This document shows positions 61,784 to 64,000 of a DNA stretch of 64,000 nucleotides, one piece after another. Position numbers and translations under genes: made by a program. Positions within the stretch are counted from its first letter, which is position 1, and each line of letters begins with the position of its first letter. A model generated the notes under the pieces. It ran no database searches. It saw nothing but the letters and a program-made list of their open reading frames with translations, and had not been told where the DNA came from. Source of the stretch: Gonapodya sp. JEL0774 (lineage: Eukaryota); the NCBI GenBank assembly GCA_027604505.1, contig JADIIX010000036.1:1-64000 (forward strand). The letters run 5' to 3'.

Positions 61784-64000
61784 TCAAAGGCCGCTCGCCC
61801 CTCCTCCTCCACAGAGAGCCTTCGCCCTTCGATCTGCTGCCTCGAGAGCGAGTCGCCTCCTTTCGGCCAAGGGATCCGCATGTGGGGCACCGCTTGTGGA
61901 AGTGTTAGGTGCAAGTGCTGCAAGACTCTCTTGCCCGGATCCCAGCCTATGACCCTTGCCAATTTCATTGTCCTTTTTCGCTCTCTTTGCAGGTTTCGGT
62001 CGCTTCTCCTCTCCATACTGGTAGTCATTGTCGCCTTCTTCGTCACTTCCCAGAATCTCTTCACCTGCGAGAACATCTGCTAATCCTGAAACTCTGGCAG
62101 TGGAGCTGGCAAGTGAGAGTAGCCTCGCGTCGTCATCTTTAGCTTTTGGAACGACAGAGGGTGACGATTGTTTGGGGCGGAGCGATTTGGAGGTTGGGCT
62201 AGTAGGGAGACCGACAATCTCGTTCTCGTCTTCGGTATCTGATTTGTCCCGGACTTTCCGTTTACGGCGAGGTTTCTTGCGTAACCTCGGTGATGCTGCC
62301 GCCCTGAGCTCCGTGTGTGGAGGTGAAGACCCTGGAACTGTGTCACCAACTTCAGGTGTCTCGGGGTAAGAGGCCTGCGTTGAAGGTGGGACCTCCGAAG
62401 ATATAGCACTTTCCAGAGGCCCGATAGGATGTGGAGAAGAGTTGGCAGGGGTCATAGAGAGAAGCAGGAGCTGCGTTTAATGATGTCCATTAAGAGCGAC
62501 CATTCGGCGTTGCAGAGAGTCGTGGTATGCTTTTCCTCCACCACAGCCAAAGGGAATTCGAAACCGTACCAGATATTATGCATCATCGCAATGTCCATCG
62601 GTACGCTCTCGTAATTGAAATTGCAAAACGAATTGAATTCTCTGATTATCAGCTGAAAATGCAACTTGAGTAATATTCCCCTGTCATATAGAGCGCGTCC
62701 AATGTCCGTGAAGGTATTTCCTTCTTTGCAGTAGTTTGGGCTAGCATTGAAAATGGGAACGGAGTGTTGACTGGAACCTAAAGTTTGGAGTCTCGGTGTC
62801 TGTCTTGAGGGTTCATTTTCGTGGCGACTGGCAAACCTGCAATCAGGAGAATCGTACCGACCAAATCCTCGAGAATGCTCAGCAACACCACAGAATGCTA
62901 AATACCTTGGCCTTTCTGCATCCTAGTTTCTTGACGCGGAGGGTCACTCAGCTTATACCACTGTCGCCACACCTTAAAGCTCCGAAGTCAGAACGCCATG
63001 GAAGGGATGAAGGCACAATCTTCTCGGCCTCTACATGACGATCCCAAAGCGGACGGAGAAACTTTCTTTGATGCACCGCGATCGCGGGTGAGCTTGCCCC
63101 AGAAAATGTCCTCAGATCCGGTATTCGCGGTACCCCAGAGTGTATCGACCACATTAACGGCATCCAAATCAGTACAACGGCGGAGTATAGCACCAGCATT
63201 GTCTTGTAAGTTATCGGACAGAAGGAAGTGCACCACCTTTCTTTTTGCTTAATCGCTCTTCGGTCATGCAGCTTCCTTTGCCGAAACCCCCTCTTCAATG
63301 CTTGGTGAGCTCTTTCTGCACTAAAACTTAAATTTTAGATTGATCGATTATACTCGCTCTCTTTCGAAAGCAGTTCAACCTCCCCTCCCCTCCACGTCTT
63401 CTTCTTCGTCGGGTGAATCTTCCTCGCGAGCAACTGCATCCGCTAACCCCCCGAAGCTGGCTACCAAAGTCCGCCTTCAGCTTACTTCCAACATATCTGC
63501 GGAGGGGTCTTCGATTGGTGAAGGAACCGGAGACGGTAGCGAAGTGACCTTTCAAGCCATGTTCCCATCAGCGCTCCCTGCCAACCCCCATTTCGGAGAA
63601 ACAAAACGGACTTCTACCATAATGCGCCAATGGACGGCTGAATCTTCTGATAAGAGGGTTTCGCGAATGTTTTCTCTGGATCGCCCAAAGTCTTGGTTCA
63701 GCATTCGATCCAAGTCTCAAGAACCCAGGCATTCGGTAATAGTCACAAATTCCCCTGCGCCAGCTCCTTTTGAGACACCCGCTTCTGCAACGGCTCGTCC
63801 TACCTCCTCTATCACGGTATCTTTGCCTCGAAGAATTTTGCGCTCAGTCAGGAGCTCCGTGAACCTGGTGACCCCACCCCCTTCGCCTTCTCCAACTCCA
63901 TCCATTAATTCGTCCATCGGCTCGAGTGATTCTTTGGAACGAGCGATGACACGACCGAAGGGTCAGACAGAGCCGGCTACTTTCAACCCCCCCGTGGTTG
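61784..64000 (-). CDS. Partial hypothetical protein with C-terminal p97/Cdc48-binding SHP and VIM motifs (probably continues beyond the window)
   Basis: Last exon carries basic NLS-like RKKPRRKRK, GKGHRLGSG and ERRRLALEAADRR; upstream exon structure is unresolved. Confidence 0.55.

Noticed and set aside
1..64000. CRISPR arrays, tRNA, rRNA, intact transposase or reverse transcriptase
   Set aside because: No repeat-spacer array or diagnostic motifs were seen by eye.

Overview
Eukaryotic, intron-rich fungal DNA with GT-AG introns (many GTGAGT donors), two 11-N assembly gaps and poly-G/C tracts. Gene content suggests an early-diverging zoosporic fungus (chytrid/monoblepharid-like); that placement is my inference. 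About 20 spliced genes can be reconstructed by eye: Zn-dependent FDH-like dehydrogenase, Na/K-type (ACU-like) P-type ATPase, RPL37, a His-rich membrane protein, an F-box-like protein, a bacterial-type diaminopentanoate-dehydrogenase-like enzyme, FAM32A, a TM-Cache-TM-HAMP protein, FAD monooxygenase, derlin, class I GATase, a Hac1-like bZIP, PEX13, acyl-CoA thioesterase, an ankyrin-SH3 protein, DPH7, rhodanese, class II aldolase, a HAD nucleotidase, COQ9 and a partial SHP/VIM protein. There is also an MFS pseudogene, and the first ~7 kb is degenerate and partly CpG-depleted. The most notable items are an unexplained ~600-nt densely base-paired non-coding element at 23.76-24.4 kb, a chemoreceptor-like Cache-HAMP protein with no output domain, structured RPL37 introns, G-rich-5'/C-rich-3' introns with micro-exons, and a rhodanese lacking its catalytic Cys. 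All calls come from motif recognition and manual splicing; no searches or folding programs were run.
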